Part shown: positions 9,788 to 19,111 of the stretch, one piece after another | Layout of the letters: every line of letters starts with the position of its first letter | Numbering within the stretch: position 1 is the stretch's first letter | Assembly: GCA_021773245.1 (NCBI GenBank) | Contig: JAJFKK010000004.1 | Span: forward strand, 1 to 63,330 | Source of the DNA: Gammaproteobacteria bacterium | Lineage (GTDB): Bacteria > Pseudomonadota > Gammaproteobacteria > Eutrophobiales > Eutrophobiaceae | Direction: 5' to 3' | Length of the DNA stretch: 63,330 nucleotides | Notes under the pieces: generated by a model | The model's input: the letters and a program-made list of their open reading frames with translations, nothing else | Told to the model about the DNA's origin: nothing | Databases searched by the model: none | Program-made: the position numbers and the translations under genes

Positions 9788-12022
9788 CTAACTTTTTCCC
9801 GAAGGACTATGCTTAACCAATTTACTGATTTTATTTTTCCAGCTGTTCTCAACCTTCTCGGTATCATCAGAATCAACTAGCTTTGCTAAATTGATATAGT
9901 CTGTTTTACCCGTTCCTAATACAGGAATTTTATCGACAGATAATACGGTTTTAGGAATAGTTAGTTCACCAATTTGATTTATTTTAGCCGCTTGTTGTAA
10001 TTCTTTTCGTTCAGCAGCTTGCTTCTCTGTGACGAGAATAATTCGTTCGCCTTTCCGGTCATCATAAACTGCTGTTGCGGCATGACTAATATCAGGCCAG
10101 GTTAATGCTGCTAATTCTTCAACGGCGGATAGCGATACCATTTCTCCGCCAATTTTAGCAAAACGTTTCGCTCGACCTAATATAATAATATTGCCTTCAT
10201 TATCAATATCGGCAATATCACCGGTATCATACCAACCTGATCCTCGCTCGGTTGAGGGCGGATGTATTTTTCCAGGTTTGTCATGAAATAAGTAGCCTTG
10301 CATAACGTTCGGACCTTTTACGACTAAGTGACCACCATGCTCAATTCCCTCTACAGGTTTTATATAGCATTCCATATCAGGGATGATACGACCAACGGTT
10401 CCAGCTTCGTTTGACATTAAAGTATTAATGGAAATAACAGGACTGGTTTCAGTAACGCCATAACCTTGAATGATTCTAATACCATATTTATTAGCCCATA
10501 AACGTATGGTGTCGTCATGTAACTTTTCTGCACCGGCGACAACGCACCTTAGTGAGTTGAAATCATAAGGATGTGCATATCGCGCATAAGACTTGAAAAA
10601 AGTATTTGTGCCAAAGAAGATAGTTGCGCGAAGTTCGTAGATCAATTCAGGAATAATTCGATAATGTAACGGTGTGGGGTAAAGAAAAGTTCGTGCACCA
10701 CCAAACAGAGGCATTAAAAAACCAGCGTTAAGTCCAAAAGAATGGAATAACGGCAAGCAGCTAAAAACTAATTCAGAAGGGTTAAAGTAAATATGGCACC
10801 TTACTTGACAATAGTTTGCTAAAAGGTTGCCGTGAGACAATACAACACCCTTTGGATGACCTTCTGAACCTGAAGTAAAAAGGATGACAGCGGCTGAATC
10901 AGGGTTCGTATTTATTTTTTGTTTGGCATAATGTTTCTCAGGATTAAAACTCATTAAGAGTGCCAATAATTTATTACCTAAGCCGATTTCATTTCTTAAA
11001 TCTTCCAGATAAATAACAGTATGATTTTTTTCTAAATCCTCCGCCATTTTTTCAAGTTTTGCATTTGTAATAAAACGTCTTGAAGTAAAAATTGTTTTAA
11101 CTTGTGCTGTTTGGCAAGCACGGTTTACGGCGAGCATGCCAGAAGAGAAATTCAACATTGCTGGTACACGGCCAATAAATTGCAGCGCAAAGAATAATAC
11201 TGGTAGGGCATTAACATTCGGCATTAATACGCCAATATGTTCACCCGATGATGTTTGTTTTTTGATTAATTGGCTTAATAAAATACTGCGAAGGATTAAT
11301 GTTTTGTAGCTTAATGTTTCTCGACTAATATCTTCTATTAATACTTGTTTTTTGTCGAAGCTATTGCTTGCAGCAAGCATGGCAGAGTAAAGCGTTCTTT
11401 TTTGATCAAAACTTGTGTAAGACAATTTACACATGATGTCATACATTCTTCTTGAAGCTGCTCTTCTTCGAGCATGGCCAGTAATTTCAGGCGGGAGGTT
11501 TAATTTTTCTGGTGGGAGTATGCTTAACCTTATCTTCGGAAACCAACGTACATAACCCCGACCTTTCATGTAAGACAAACGACTAAATTGAGCGCCTTCA
11601 ATACATATGGGAAGAATAGTGGCGCCGCTTTTATCTGCAATTAAACCCGGGCCGTCATATATTTTCATTAAAGTGCCAGTTCTAGTGATACGACCTTCAG
11701 GAAAAATAATAGCTTTGTTGTCTTGTTTAATGAACTTAATAATTGATTTCATTGATAATGGATTTAAGGTATCCATTTCAAACAAGTGAACAAAATATAG
11801 AAAAGGTTTAAAGGCTTTTTTTGCAGCAATCTCGGTATTAATAGCAAAGGTAGGTGTTTCAGGTAACCATGCGTACATCAAAATACCATCAAGCAATGAT
11901 GTATGATTGGCAATAATTAAGACACGATCACCAGCTTTATCATAATTCTCGAGTCCAGTGACTTCAACTCGATATAATAATCGTAGAATTAGTCTCCAGC
12001 TTAATTTAAACAGGCGAGTCAT
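9788..12022 (-). CDS. aas: Bifunctional 2-acyl-GPE acyltransferase / acyl-ACP synthetase
   Basis: NHTSLLD and FPEG acyltransferase motifs; FTSGSEGHPKG, GYGVTE and YDTGD AMP-binding motifs. Confidence 0.88.
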   Translation of the reverse strand: MTRLFKLSWRLILRLLYRVEVTGLENYDKAGDRVLIIANHTSLLDGILMYAWLPETPTFAINTEIAAKKAFKPFLYFVHLFEMDTLNPLSMKSIIKFIKQDNKAIIFPEGRITRTGTLMKIYDGPGLIADKSGATILPICIEGAQFSRLSYMKGRGYVRWFPKIRLSILPPEKLNLPPEITGHARRRAASRRMYDIMCKLSYTSFDQKRTLYSAMLAASNSFDKKQVLIEDISRETLSYKTLILRSILLSQLIKKQTSSGEHIGVLMPNVNALPVLFFALQFIGRVPAMLNFSSGMLAVNRACQTAQVKTIFTSRRFITNAKLEKMAEDLEKNHTVIYLEDLRNEIGLGNKLLALLMSFNPEKHYAKQKINTNPDSAAVILFTSGSEGHPKGVVLSHGNLLANYCQVRCHIYFNPSELVFSCLPLFHSFGLNAGFLMPLFGGARTFLYPTPLHYRIIPELIYELRATIFFGTNTFFKSYARYAHPYDFNSLRCVVAGAEKLHDDTIRLWANKYGIRIIQGYGVTETSPVISINTLMSNEAGTVGRIIPDMECYIKPVEGIEHGGHLVVKGPNVMQGYLFHDKPGKIHPPSTERGSGWYDTGDIADIDNEGNIIILGRAKRFAKIGGEMVSLSAVEELAALTWPDISHAATAVYDDRKGERIILVTEKQAAERKELQQAAKINQIGELTIPKTVLSVDKIPVLGTGKTDYINLAKLVDSDDTEKVENSWKNKISKLVKHSPSGKS

Positions 12023-12104
12023 GTGACTATTGTACGTTTAAATGTACCGGCATGAGAAGTAATACGCTTTTAGTAATAAGCAGCGGTTATGTAAGTGGTT
12101 TTAT

Positions 12105-13721
12105 TTAAGCGCCAGTAACGGTCTGTTGAACGATTAAACTTTGTCCTGGTTGCAAATGTTTGCGTTTATTTAAATTATTCCATTTAAGTAAATCTTTAAC
12201 ATGGATATCAAATTTTCTGGCGATTAACCAAAGAGAGTCACCATCTTGAACTACATAAGAATTAGCGTTTAAAGTTGGTTTCTTCGCAGCTGTTTTTATA
12301 ATTGAACCATCTTCGTTCTCTTCATCTTTAACCCAGACAGTTAATTTTTGCCCAAGTCGTAATACACCTTTCTTTGAAATACCGTTCCAACGCGTTAATT
12401 GACTAACACTGATGCCATAATGACGGCCGATATCCCAAAGATTGTCACCACGTTTTACCGAGTAAATGTAACGTTTACCATCACCGGTGGTTTTCAGACC
12501 CTTAAATTTTCTCGAATCGGCGCTTAATGTGTAGTACTTTTTAGATTCTTTTGCTGTAGGAATTAGTAATGTATGCCCAGCGCGGATTCGATTACTTCTA
12601 AGACGATTTACTTCTTTTAAAGCTGAAATACTGGTGAGATACCGGTTCGCGATCACACCTAATGACTCGCCTGACCGAATAACATGTTTTTTCCATGTAA
12701 TGCGTTCCGATTTGGGTATCGCATTTATTTGTTGTTTAAAGTTTTCTGCAGTATTAACAGGAACAAGTATTCGATGAGGTCCATTAGGAGCTGTTGCCCA
12801 ACGATTAAAGCCAGGGTTTAAGGTATAAACTTCATCCATTGTTAATCCGGATAACTTTGAAACAGTGGATAAATCAATTTGACTACCAATATCGACGCTT
12901 TCGAAATAAGGTTTATTTGCAATCGTTTTGAATTTTATTTTATGTTTATCGCTATTTTTCAATACTTCAGCTATCGCTAATAAACTGGGAACATAGTTAC
13001 GTGTTTCGCGAGGTAAACGTAAAGACCAAAAATCGGTTTTCTTTCCCTTTGCTTTATTCTTTCTAATAGCACGTTCAACATTGCCTTCGCCAGAGTTATA
13101 AGCGGCAAGTGCATGAAACCAATTACCGTTAAATCTTTTGTGCAAGTTTTCAAGATAATCCAATGCCGCATCGGTTGCTGCAACAATGTCACGACGACCG
13201 TCATACCACCAATTCTGTTTTAAACCGTAATGTTTACCGGTGCCGGGAATAAATTGCCAAATACCGGAAGCACGTGCCGGTGAATAGGCAAAAGGTTGAT
13301 AAGCGCTTTCGACAATAGGCAATAACGCTATATCAAGTGGCATATTACGTTCTTTTAATTTTGTGATGATATGAAACAAATACGGTTCAGCACGTTCAGC
13401 AACGCGGGTAATATATTCTTGATTACGAGCAAACCAGGCGGTTTTTTGTTGAACGCTACTTCTGTCGAGATGACGATCTAATTCCAAACCATCTTTTAGC
13501 AAAAGCCAAATATCGGAATAGTCTTTCTGTTTAGCTACTTTATTAAGATCATTACCAACATCAATGCCTTGTGCAGGTTCAGATAGTTGAGAACTCAGCG
13601 CAAGTTGCTGATGATTTACGGTCGGGGTTGCTTCGACTTGCTCAGGTCGGGTTGAAGAGAAATTACAGCCACTTATTACTAGTAGCACAAAGCAAATAAT
13701 TGCTTTACGTATCATATGCAT
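12105..13721 (-). CDS. mltD: Membrane-bound lytic murein transglycosylase D (SLT + LysM domains)
   Basis: Lipobox ISGC; VES, GIWQF and AYNSGEG; three LysM repeats; adjacent to gloB. Confidence 0.92.
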   Translation of the reverse strand: MHMIRKAIICFVLLVISGCNFSSTRPEQVEATPTVNHQQLALSSQLSEPAQGIDVGNDLNKVAKQKDYSDIWLLLKDGLELDRHLDRSSVQQKTAWFARNQEYITRVAERAEPYLFHIITKLKERNMPLDIALLPIVESAYQPFAYSPARASGIWQFIPGTGKHYGLKQNWWYDGRRDIVAATDAALDYLENLHKRFNGNWFHALAAYNSGEGNVERAIRKNKAKGKKTDFWSLRLPRETRNYVPSLLAIAEVLKNSDKHKIKFKTIANKPYFESVDIGSQIDLSTVSKLSGLTMDEVYTLNPGFNRWATAPNGPHRILVPVNTAENFKQQINAIPKSERITWKKHVIRSGESLGVIANRYLTSISALKEVNRLRSNRIRAGHTLLIPTAKESKKYYTLSADSRKFKGLKTTGDGKRYIYSVKRGDNLWDIGRHYGISVSQLTRWNGISKKGVLRLGQKLTVWVKDEENEDGSIIKTAAKKPTLNANSYVVQDGDSLWLIARKFDIHVKDLLKWNNLNKRKHLQPGQSLIVQQTVTGA

Positions 13722-13773
13722 GGCCGAATCCTAGGGATCAGACGCCTTTCGGTCAAGTAGTTTATGAGTACTC

Positions 13774-14550
13774 CTAAAAATTGTCTTTCCACTGCCGTAC
13801 TGCAGCAAAAACCTCATGTGGTTTTTCTAATTTTTCACCCGAATGTTCACGTGCGGCATTAATCACACTGGATTCCTCACAACGCAGAAAAGGATTGGTT
13901 TGTTTTTCAGTTTTTAGCGTTGTTGGAACCGTGGGTTTACCTTTTTCTCTCGCTTGTCGCGCCTGACTTAAACATTCTTGAGTAGCAGTGTTCTCAGGTT
14001 CAACAGTCGTCGCAAATTGCAGGTTTGAAACAGTATATTCATGACCGCAATATAGCAGTGTGTCGTCAGGTAATGCCTTGAATTTAGATAATGAGGCATG
14101 CATTTGAGGCGGTGTGCCTTCAAACATGCGGCCACAACCGGCTGCGAAGAGTGTATCGCCACTAAAGACCATTCCCTCGGCATAATAAGCTATTGCGCCT
14201 AATGTATGTCCGGGGACATCCATAATTGTTAAATCCAAATCCAGTTCGGACAATGAAACAGTATCGCCTTCACCTACAGGGTGGGTGCTGCCTTTTACTG
14301 ACTCCGTTTTTGGCGTGTAGACCGGAATATCATATTTTTCGGTAATTGCTGGAATACCGTCCACATGATCCCAGTGACGGTGAGTGATTAAAATGGCAAT
14401 AGGAATCAATTTTTCGGACTCAATCAGGTCAAGCAAAGGCCCAGCTTCGCCTGGATCAACAATTGCGACATGATTACTTGCCTTATTTTTCAGCAACCAG
14501 ATATAGTTATAGTGATCTTGTAAGGCAGGTAGGGGTATTATCTCTAACAT
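13774..14550 (-). CDS. gloB: Hydroxyacylglutathione hydrolase (glyoxalase II)
   Basis: THRHWDH, GHT, GDTLF..GCG, CGHEYT and TNPFLR. Confidence 0.95.
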   Translation of the reverse strand: MLEIIPLPALQDHYNYIWLLKNKASNHVAIVDPGEAGPLLDLIESEKLIPIAILITHRHWDHVDGIPAITEKYDIPVYTPKTESVKGSTHPVGEGDTVSLSELDLDLTIMDVPGHTLGAIAYYAEGMVFSGDTLFAAGCGRMFEGTPPQMHASLSKFKALPDDTLLYCGHEYTVSNLQFATTVEPENTATQECLSQARQAREKGKPTVPTTLKTEKQTNPFLRCEESSVINAAREHSGEKLEKPHEVFAAVRQWKDNF

Positions 14551-14620
14551 AGTTTAACCTAGGGTTCGCATCTGGGTTTATGCTGGCAGCACAGTTAACC
14601 AGAGTCAATATGCAAAAAAT

Positions 14621-15394
14621 ATGAGTGACGACAATAAAATTGCAACGTTAAGAGAAAAGTTCTCAAGCTGGTTCGCCAGTCCTTTAGGTAAGCGCGTGTT
14701 TGCAGCCGAAGAAGAACAGATGCAAGACATCTTGCCCGATATGTTTGGTTATCATATTTTACAATATGGCTACTCAGCCGAATCAAACTATCTAAATTCA
14801 TCTCGCATTGCGGATAAAACGATACTCTTTCTTGATGAAACCGAAATAAACAACAACCTGAAAGCGATTCACACCAGTGCTGAAGAATTACCTGTCGCAG
14901 CAGATAGTATTGATGTCGTTGTCTTGCCGCATATTCTGGAATACTCAAAAGATTCGCATAAATTATTACGCGAAATGGATCGGGCATTGATTGGCGATGG
15001 TCGTGTTGTGATAATCGGTATTAATCCCATCAGTCTTTGGGGGTTGTGGCATCTATTTTTATGTTGGTGGGGAAAAATGCCATGGAGTGGACGTTTGATT
15101 TCAATTCCAAAAATAAAAGACTGGTTGTCCTTACTCGACTTTGAAGTTGAGAAAACAAAATGCTTTTTCTTTTCCCCACCATTGCGAAATCAGAATCTTT
15201 TAAATAAATTACTACCATTAGAACGCTTTGGTCGATATTGCTGGCCAATATTCGGTGGCTTGTATATTGTCGTTGCAAAAAAACGCACCGTACCTCTAAA
15301 CCCAATCAAGATGAAATGGAAAGCAAAACGGAAAGTAATTGGTGCTGGTGTAGTAGAGCCAACAACAAGAAATCAATTTAAAGTTAATGACTGA
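14621..15394 (+). CDS. SAM-dependent methyltransferase (YafS-like)
   Basis: DVVVLPHILE and NPISLWG; canonical position between gloB and rnhA. Confidence 0.85.
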   Translation: MSDDNKIATLREKFSSWFASPLGKRVFAAEEEQMQDILPDMFGYHILQYGYSAESNYLNSSRIADKTILFLDETEINNNLKAIHTSAEELPVAADSIDVVVLPHILEYSKDSHKLLREMDRALIGDGRVVIIGINPISLWGLWHLFLCWWGKMPWSGRLISIPKIKDWLSLLDFEVEKTKCFFFSPPLRNQNLLNKLLPLERFGRYCWPIFGGLYIVVAKKRTVPLNPIKMKWKAKRKVIGAGVVEPTTRNQFKVND

Positions 15395-15402
15395 AAAAAT
15401 AG

Positions 15403-15583
15403 ATACCCGTGATATCTGGAAATGCGTGAATTTAGAGTGCTTCCGTTTTTATTCAGGGCAAGGCGCGACGATGCGCATGGCTACCCCCTGTAAAGAGGAC
15501 ACCAACAGTAGGCGCTTTAGGCGACGCCGCCATGGATAAAAAGGGGAGTGCTATAAACAGGGATTTCCAGGTATCACGGGTAT
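15403..15583. mobile_element. ERIC-like MITE (~181 bp) inserted in the 5' end of rnhA
   Basis: 21-bp terminal inverted repeats ATACCCGTGATATCTGGAAAT / ATTTCCAGGTATCACGGGTAT (1 mismatch); internal IR TTCCGTTTTTATTCA / TGGATAAAAAGGGGA. Confidence 0.85.
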
Positions 15584-16002
15584 TAATCTATTCCGATGGC
15601 GCTTGCCGTGGGAATCCGGGTCCAGGCGGATGGGGAACTTTACTTAAATATAACGGCACAGAAAAAGAACTCTATGGTGCTGAGGAAGACACGACAAATA
15701 ATCGCATGGAACTGATGGGCGCGATAAGTGGATTAGAATCCTTAACCAAGCCATGCGAAGTTGTTTTAACAACTGATTCACAATATGTCATGAAAGGTAT
15801 CACGGAATGGATGGAAGGTTGGAAAAGCCGCAACTGGAAAACCGCAGCAAAGAAACCGGTAAAAAATCAAGACCTTTGGATACGTTTAGATGAAGCCTGC
15901 CAACCGCATCAAATAAAATGGCAATGGGTGAAAGGACATAGTGGTCATGAGGAAAATGAACGTGTCGATCTACTCGCTAACAAAGCTATAGATGAAATGT
16001 AA
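15532..16002 (+). CDS. rnhA: Ribonuclease HI (native start at 15387 is separated by the MITE; this ATG lies within the MITE)
   Basis: [28 protein letters not shown] and [13 protein letters not shown]. Confidence 0.93.
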   Translation: MDKKGSAINRDFQVSRVLIYSDGACRGNPGPGGWGTLLKYNGTEKELYGAEEDTTNNRMELMGAISGLESLTKPCEVVLTTDSQYVMKGITEWMEGWKSRNWKTAAKKPVKNQDLWIRLDEACQPHQIKWQWVKGHSGHEENERVDLLANKAIDEM

Positions 16003-16017
16003 CGTTAAGGATAGCGA

Positions 16018-16734
16018 ATGAGACAAATCATACTCGATACAGAAACAACCGGACTTGAACCCAAGCAAGGTCATCGCATTATTGAAATCGGTTGTGTTGA
16101 ATTAATTAACCGCCGTAATACCGGGCAGCACTACCATCAATACATCAATCCTAATCGCGAGATTGATGAAGGTGCGTTTAATGTACATGGTATTAGTACA
16201 GAGTTTCTTTCAGATAAACCGCTCTTTAAAGATATCGCACAAGAATTTATCGATTTCATTCGTGATAGCGAATTGATTATTCATAACGCACCGTTTGATG
16301 TTGGCTTTATCGATGCAGAATTTAAAAAACTCGGCAGAAAGTGGGGCAAGACAGAACACTACTGTACTGTGACTGATACCTTAACCATGGCGCGTGAAAA
16401 ACATCCCGGGCAAAAGAACAATCTTGATGCCTTATGTAAACGTTATGAAATAGATAATTCAAAACGTGATTTACACGGCGCATTACTCGATGCTCAAATC
16501 TTACTTGATGTGTATTTGGCCATGACAGGAGGCCAGGAAACTTTAGCCTTAGGATCGCACGAAGAACAAGAAGCCGCAGAACAAAATGCGGTGAGATTAA
16601 ATGATACTAACCGTAAGCCGTTACCAATAATTCAACCGACTGAAGATGAACTCGCTGCACATGAAAAGTATCTTGAGTTATTAAGAGAAAAGAGTGGCGG
16701 CAAGTGTGTGTGGGTTGACAATGGATACGAATAA
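16018..16734 (+). CDS. dnaQ: DNA polymerase III epsilon subunit
   Basis: LDTETTG, HNAPFD and HGALLDA exonuclease motifs. Confidence 0.96.
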   Translation: MRQIILDTETTGLEPKQGHRIIEIGCVELINRRNTGQHYHQYINPNREIDEGAFNVHGISTEFLSDKPLFKDIAQEFIDFIRDSELIIHNAPFDVGFIDAEFKKLGRKWGKTEHYCTVTDTLTMAREKHPGQKNNLDALCKRYEIDNSKRDLHGALLDAQILLDVYLAMTGGQETLALGSHEEQEAAEQNAVRLNDTNRKPLPIIQPTEDELAAHEKYLELLREKSGGKCVWVDNGYE

Positions 16735-16821
16735 ATAATTATTAATTTAGTGCCAATCGTTAATTTCTTCTTTGTTATATCATTCAAAATAAATTTTATA
16801 TTCATCGGGCCCCATTAACTT

Positions 16822-17544
16822 ATGTTATTAGATGTTTTTTTTGTAGTTGTTGTAACTTCAATAATCCAGTCTATCTTTGGTGTAGGCGTCTTACTTTTTG
16901 GCACGCCAGCTTTATTAATACTGGGATATGATTTTATTGGGTCAGTAATTATTCTTCTTCCTATTTCCTTAGTAATAAATTTTCTCCAAGTCTCTAAAGA
17001 TTATAAGAAAATAAATATAAAGTTTTATAAAAGAATAATTTTATATTCGATTCCGTTTATAGTTTTTCTTTTATTTATTGTGGCCAAATTTGAAGTAAAA
17101 ATTGAATTAGTGGTTGGAGTTTTTCTTTTGATTATTGCAATGAAAGAAAGCTTTCCTAAGCTAAATCACTATCTTGAGTCATTGATGAAATATGAAAAAT
17201 TATATTTAATGATCACAGGAGTCGTTCATGGAGCCACAAACCTAGGTGGTTCAATGTTAACGGCAATGGTCTATAGTAAGAAACATAATAAAAGCGTAAC
17301 GCGTGTAACGATAGCTATATCTTATGCAACCTTTGCCTTGTTTCAATTGGCAACATTATTTTTTGTGTTTGATAAATCAAAAATTGATTTTATAGCAATT
17401 GCTTGTTACGTGTTTGTTGGTATAACGGCTTTTTTAATTACTGAAACATTGGTTTATATGAAAATTAGCAATCAGAAATATACTAAATTATTTTCAATGT
17501 TTTTATTTGTGACTGGAATGTTAGTTTGCTTTAAGTCGCTATAA
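16822..17544 (+). CDS. TauE/SafE (TSUP) family sulfite exporter-like membrane protein
   Basis: QSIFGVG..LFGTP and GVVHGATNLGG duplicated motif; about 8 TM segments; very AT-rich. Confidence 0.7.
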   Translation: MLLDVFFVVVVTSIIQSIFGVGVLLFGTPALLILGYDFIGSVIILLPISLVINFLQVSKDYKKINIKFYKRIILYSIPFIVFLLFIVAKFEVKIELVVGVFLLIIAMKESFPKLNHYLESLMKYEKLYLMITGVVHGATNLGGSMLTAMVYSKKHNKSVTRVTIAISYATFALFQLATLFFVFDKSKIDFIAIACYVFVGITAFLITETLVYMKISNQKYTKLFSMFLFVTGMLVCFKSL

Positions 17545-17590
17545 CAACCCTATTAGTATTTTCAAAATACCGGAGAGGGGACGAAAAATA

Positions 17591-17624
17591 ATTGAGAGCA
17601 GCAGTTACTACTCTCAATCAAAAA
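17591..17624 (-). terminator. Intrinsic terminator between the convergent TSUP gene and grxD
   Basis: ATTGAGAGCAG...CTACTCTCAAT hairpin flanked by A-runs. Confidence 0.55.
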
Positions 17625-17627
17625 TTA

Positions 17628-17942
17628 TTATTTTACCGCTTCTTGCGTCATTTTTTGTAATTCACCTTTTTCATGCAAGTCCATGACGATGTCACAGCCG
17701 CCGACGAGTTCGCCTTTGACGAAGACTTGTGGGAAAGTTGGCCAGTTTGAGTATTGTGGCAAGTTGGCCCGCATGTCTGGATTTGCTAGTACATCGACGA
17801 ATGTGAATTCGACTTCGCATTCTTTTAATGCTTGTGACGTTTTCATTGAGAAACCGCATTGTGGGAAATCAGGTGAGCCTTTCATGAAAAGCACAACTGG
17901 GTTTTCTTCTACGGTTTTTTTAATTTCTTCCATTATTTCCAT
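17628..17942 (-). CDS. grxD: Monothiol glutaredoxin Grx4
   Basis: FMKG..PQCGFS, WPTFPQ and GGCD. Confidence 0.95.
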   Translation of the reverse strand: MEIMEEIKKTVEENPVVLFMKGSPDFPQCGFSMKTSQALKECEVEFTFVDVLANPDMRANLPQYSNWPTFPQVFVKGELVGGCDIVMDLHEKGELQKMTQEAVK

Positions 17943-18181
17943 TCGGTATTACCTCGGTGAGTATGTCTGGGTTATTTAATTGATTGTCGCGGATTATACC
18001 TAAAAGCGTTATCTGATCACTATCTTAGGCTAAGGTATTGATTATATTTGTCCAATACATGAAATTTTGACAGATTATCTTGTGTTTGGGGGTGTCAGCC
18101 TGTATCCAGACCAGTATAATCCCGTCCCAACATCATCTTTATATATAAGAAGTCTTTTATCATTTTTCGGGGGAATTACAT

Positions 18182-18772
18182 ATGAATCCACTTAAGTCAG
18201 TGCACGGTACGATCGCGCTTGGTTTTGTTACATCAATTATCATCATGCTTGTCGTTGATGGTGTTGGTGATTTTAATCTTTGGTCTTTTGTCGTTTGGTT
18301 GCACGTCTTTGCTGGTGTTATCTGGATTGGTCTGCTTTATTATTTTAATTTCGTTCAAGTCCCTGCTGTTGGCGTAGCTTTAGCTGATGAAGGCGGTCCT
18401 GGTCCTGCAGCGATTAATAAATATGTTGCTCCTCGAGCGTTGTGGTGGTTTCGTTGGGGTGCTTTAGCAACTTGGTTAACCGGCGCATCTGCATTGGAAG
18501 CGATGGGTGTTGGTATTAAGGATGCGTTCATGTTGCAAGACGGCGCTTTAATTATCGGTCTTGGTGCATGGATGGGAACGATCATGTTGTTTAATGTTTG
18601 GGTATTAATCTGGCCAAACCAAAAGAAAATTTTAGGTATGGTTGAAGCAACTGCCGATGAAATTGCTAAAGGTAAGGTTGTTGCATTAATGGCATCAAGA
18701 ACCAATACCTTTCTTTCTATACCCATGATCATGTGTATGGTTGGACAAGGGCATGGTGGTTTGCCACTATAA
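18182..18772 (+). CDS. PuuD / urate-oxidase-N (DUF989) family membrane protein without a cytochrome c domain
   Basis: WLHVFAGVIWIGLLYYFNF, WFRWGA..TWLTG, NVWVLIWPNQK and SRTN. Confidence 0.75.
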   Translation: MNPLKSVHGTIALGFVTSIIIMLVVDGVGDFNLWSFVVWLHVFAGVIWIGLLYYFNFVQVPAVGVALADEGGPGPAAINKYVAPRALWWFRWGALATWLTGASALEAMGVGIKDAFMLQDGALIIGLGAWMGTIMLFNVWVLIWPNQKKILGMVEATADEIAKGKVVALMASRTNTFLSIPMIMCMVGQGHGGLPL

Positions 18773-18797
18773 TATAGAATTACATTAGTTTGTTCTG

Positions 18798-18823
18798 AGC
18801 CCGGCTTGTTGCCGGGCTTTGTT
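18798..18823 (+). terminator. Intrinsic terminator
   Basis: AGCCCGGC-TTGTT-GCCGGGCT followed by TTGTT. Confidence 0.75.
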
Positions 18824-19095
18824 ATTTATAGGACGTAAAGTATGCCGCGGGTGCAGGATGCACAGGAGCGGCGATTTATAGGACGTAAAGGCAAAAAATA
18901 TGCTCCTGCATTTTTTGCACTTCCACCATCCATGGCGGTCGTATGCCGCGGGTGCAGGACGATATACATGGATGAATGAGTGTCACGAGAGGACACGATT
19001 ACAGGACGTAATCGGTAGAGTCGAGTCTGGAACAGACACCGAGGAGTCCGAAGTGACCGCACAGGAGCGGCGATTTATAGTTATAGGACGTAATC
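18824..19095. repeat. Tandem and nested array of ~50-bp two-hairpin micro-elements
   Basis: A 50-bp unit (18824-18873) is repeated from 18874. The second copy carries inserts at 18891-18941 and 18960-19057, and the latter contains 18996-19042. Confidence 0.85.
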
Positions 19096-19111
19096 AATTT
19101 TTGGTAAATAA

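Noticed and set aside
18824-19095. Possible CRISPR array
   Set aside because: The repeats are not separated by unique, equal-length spacers. The pattern is tandem plus nested insertion, and there are no cas genes.
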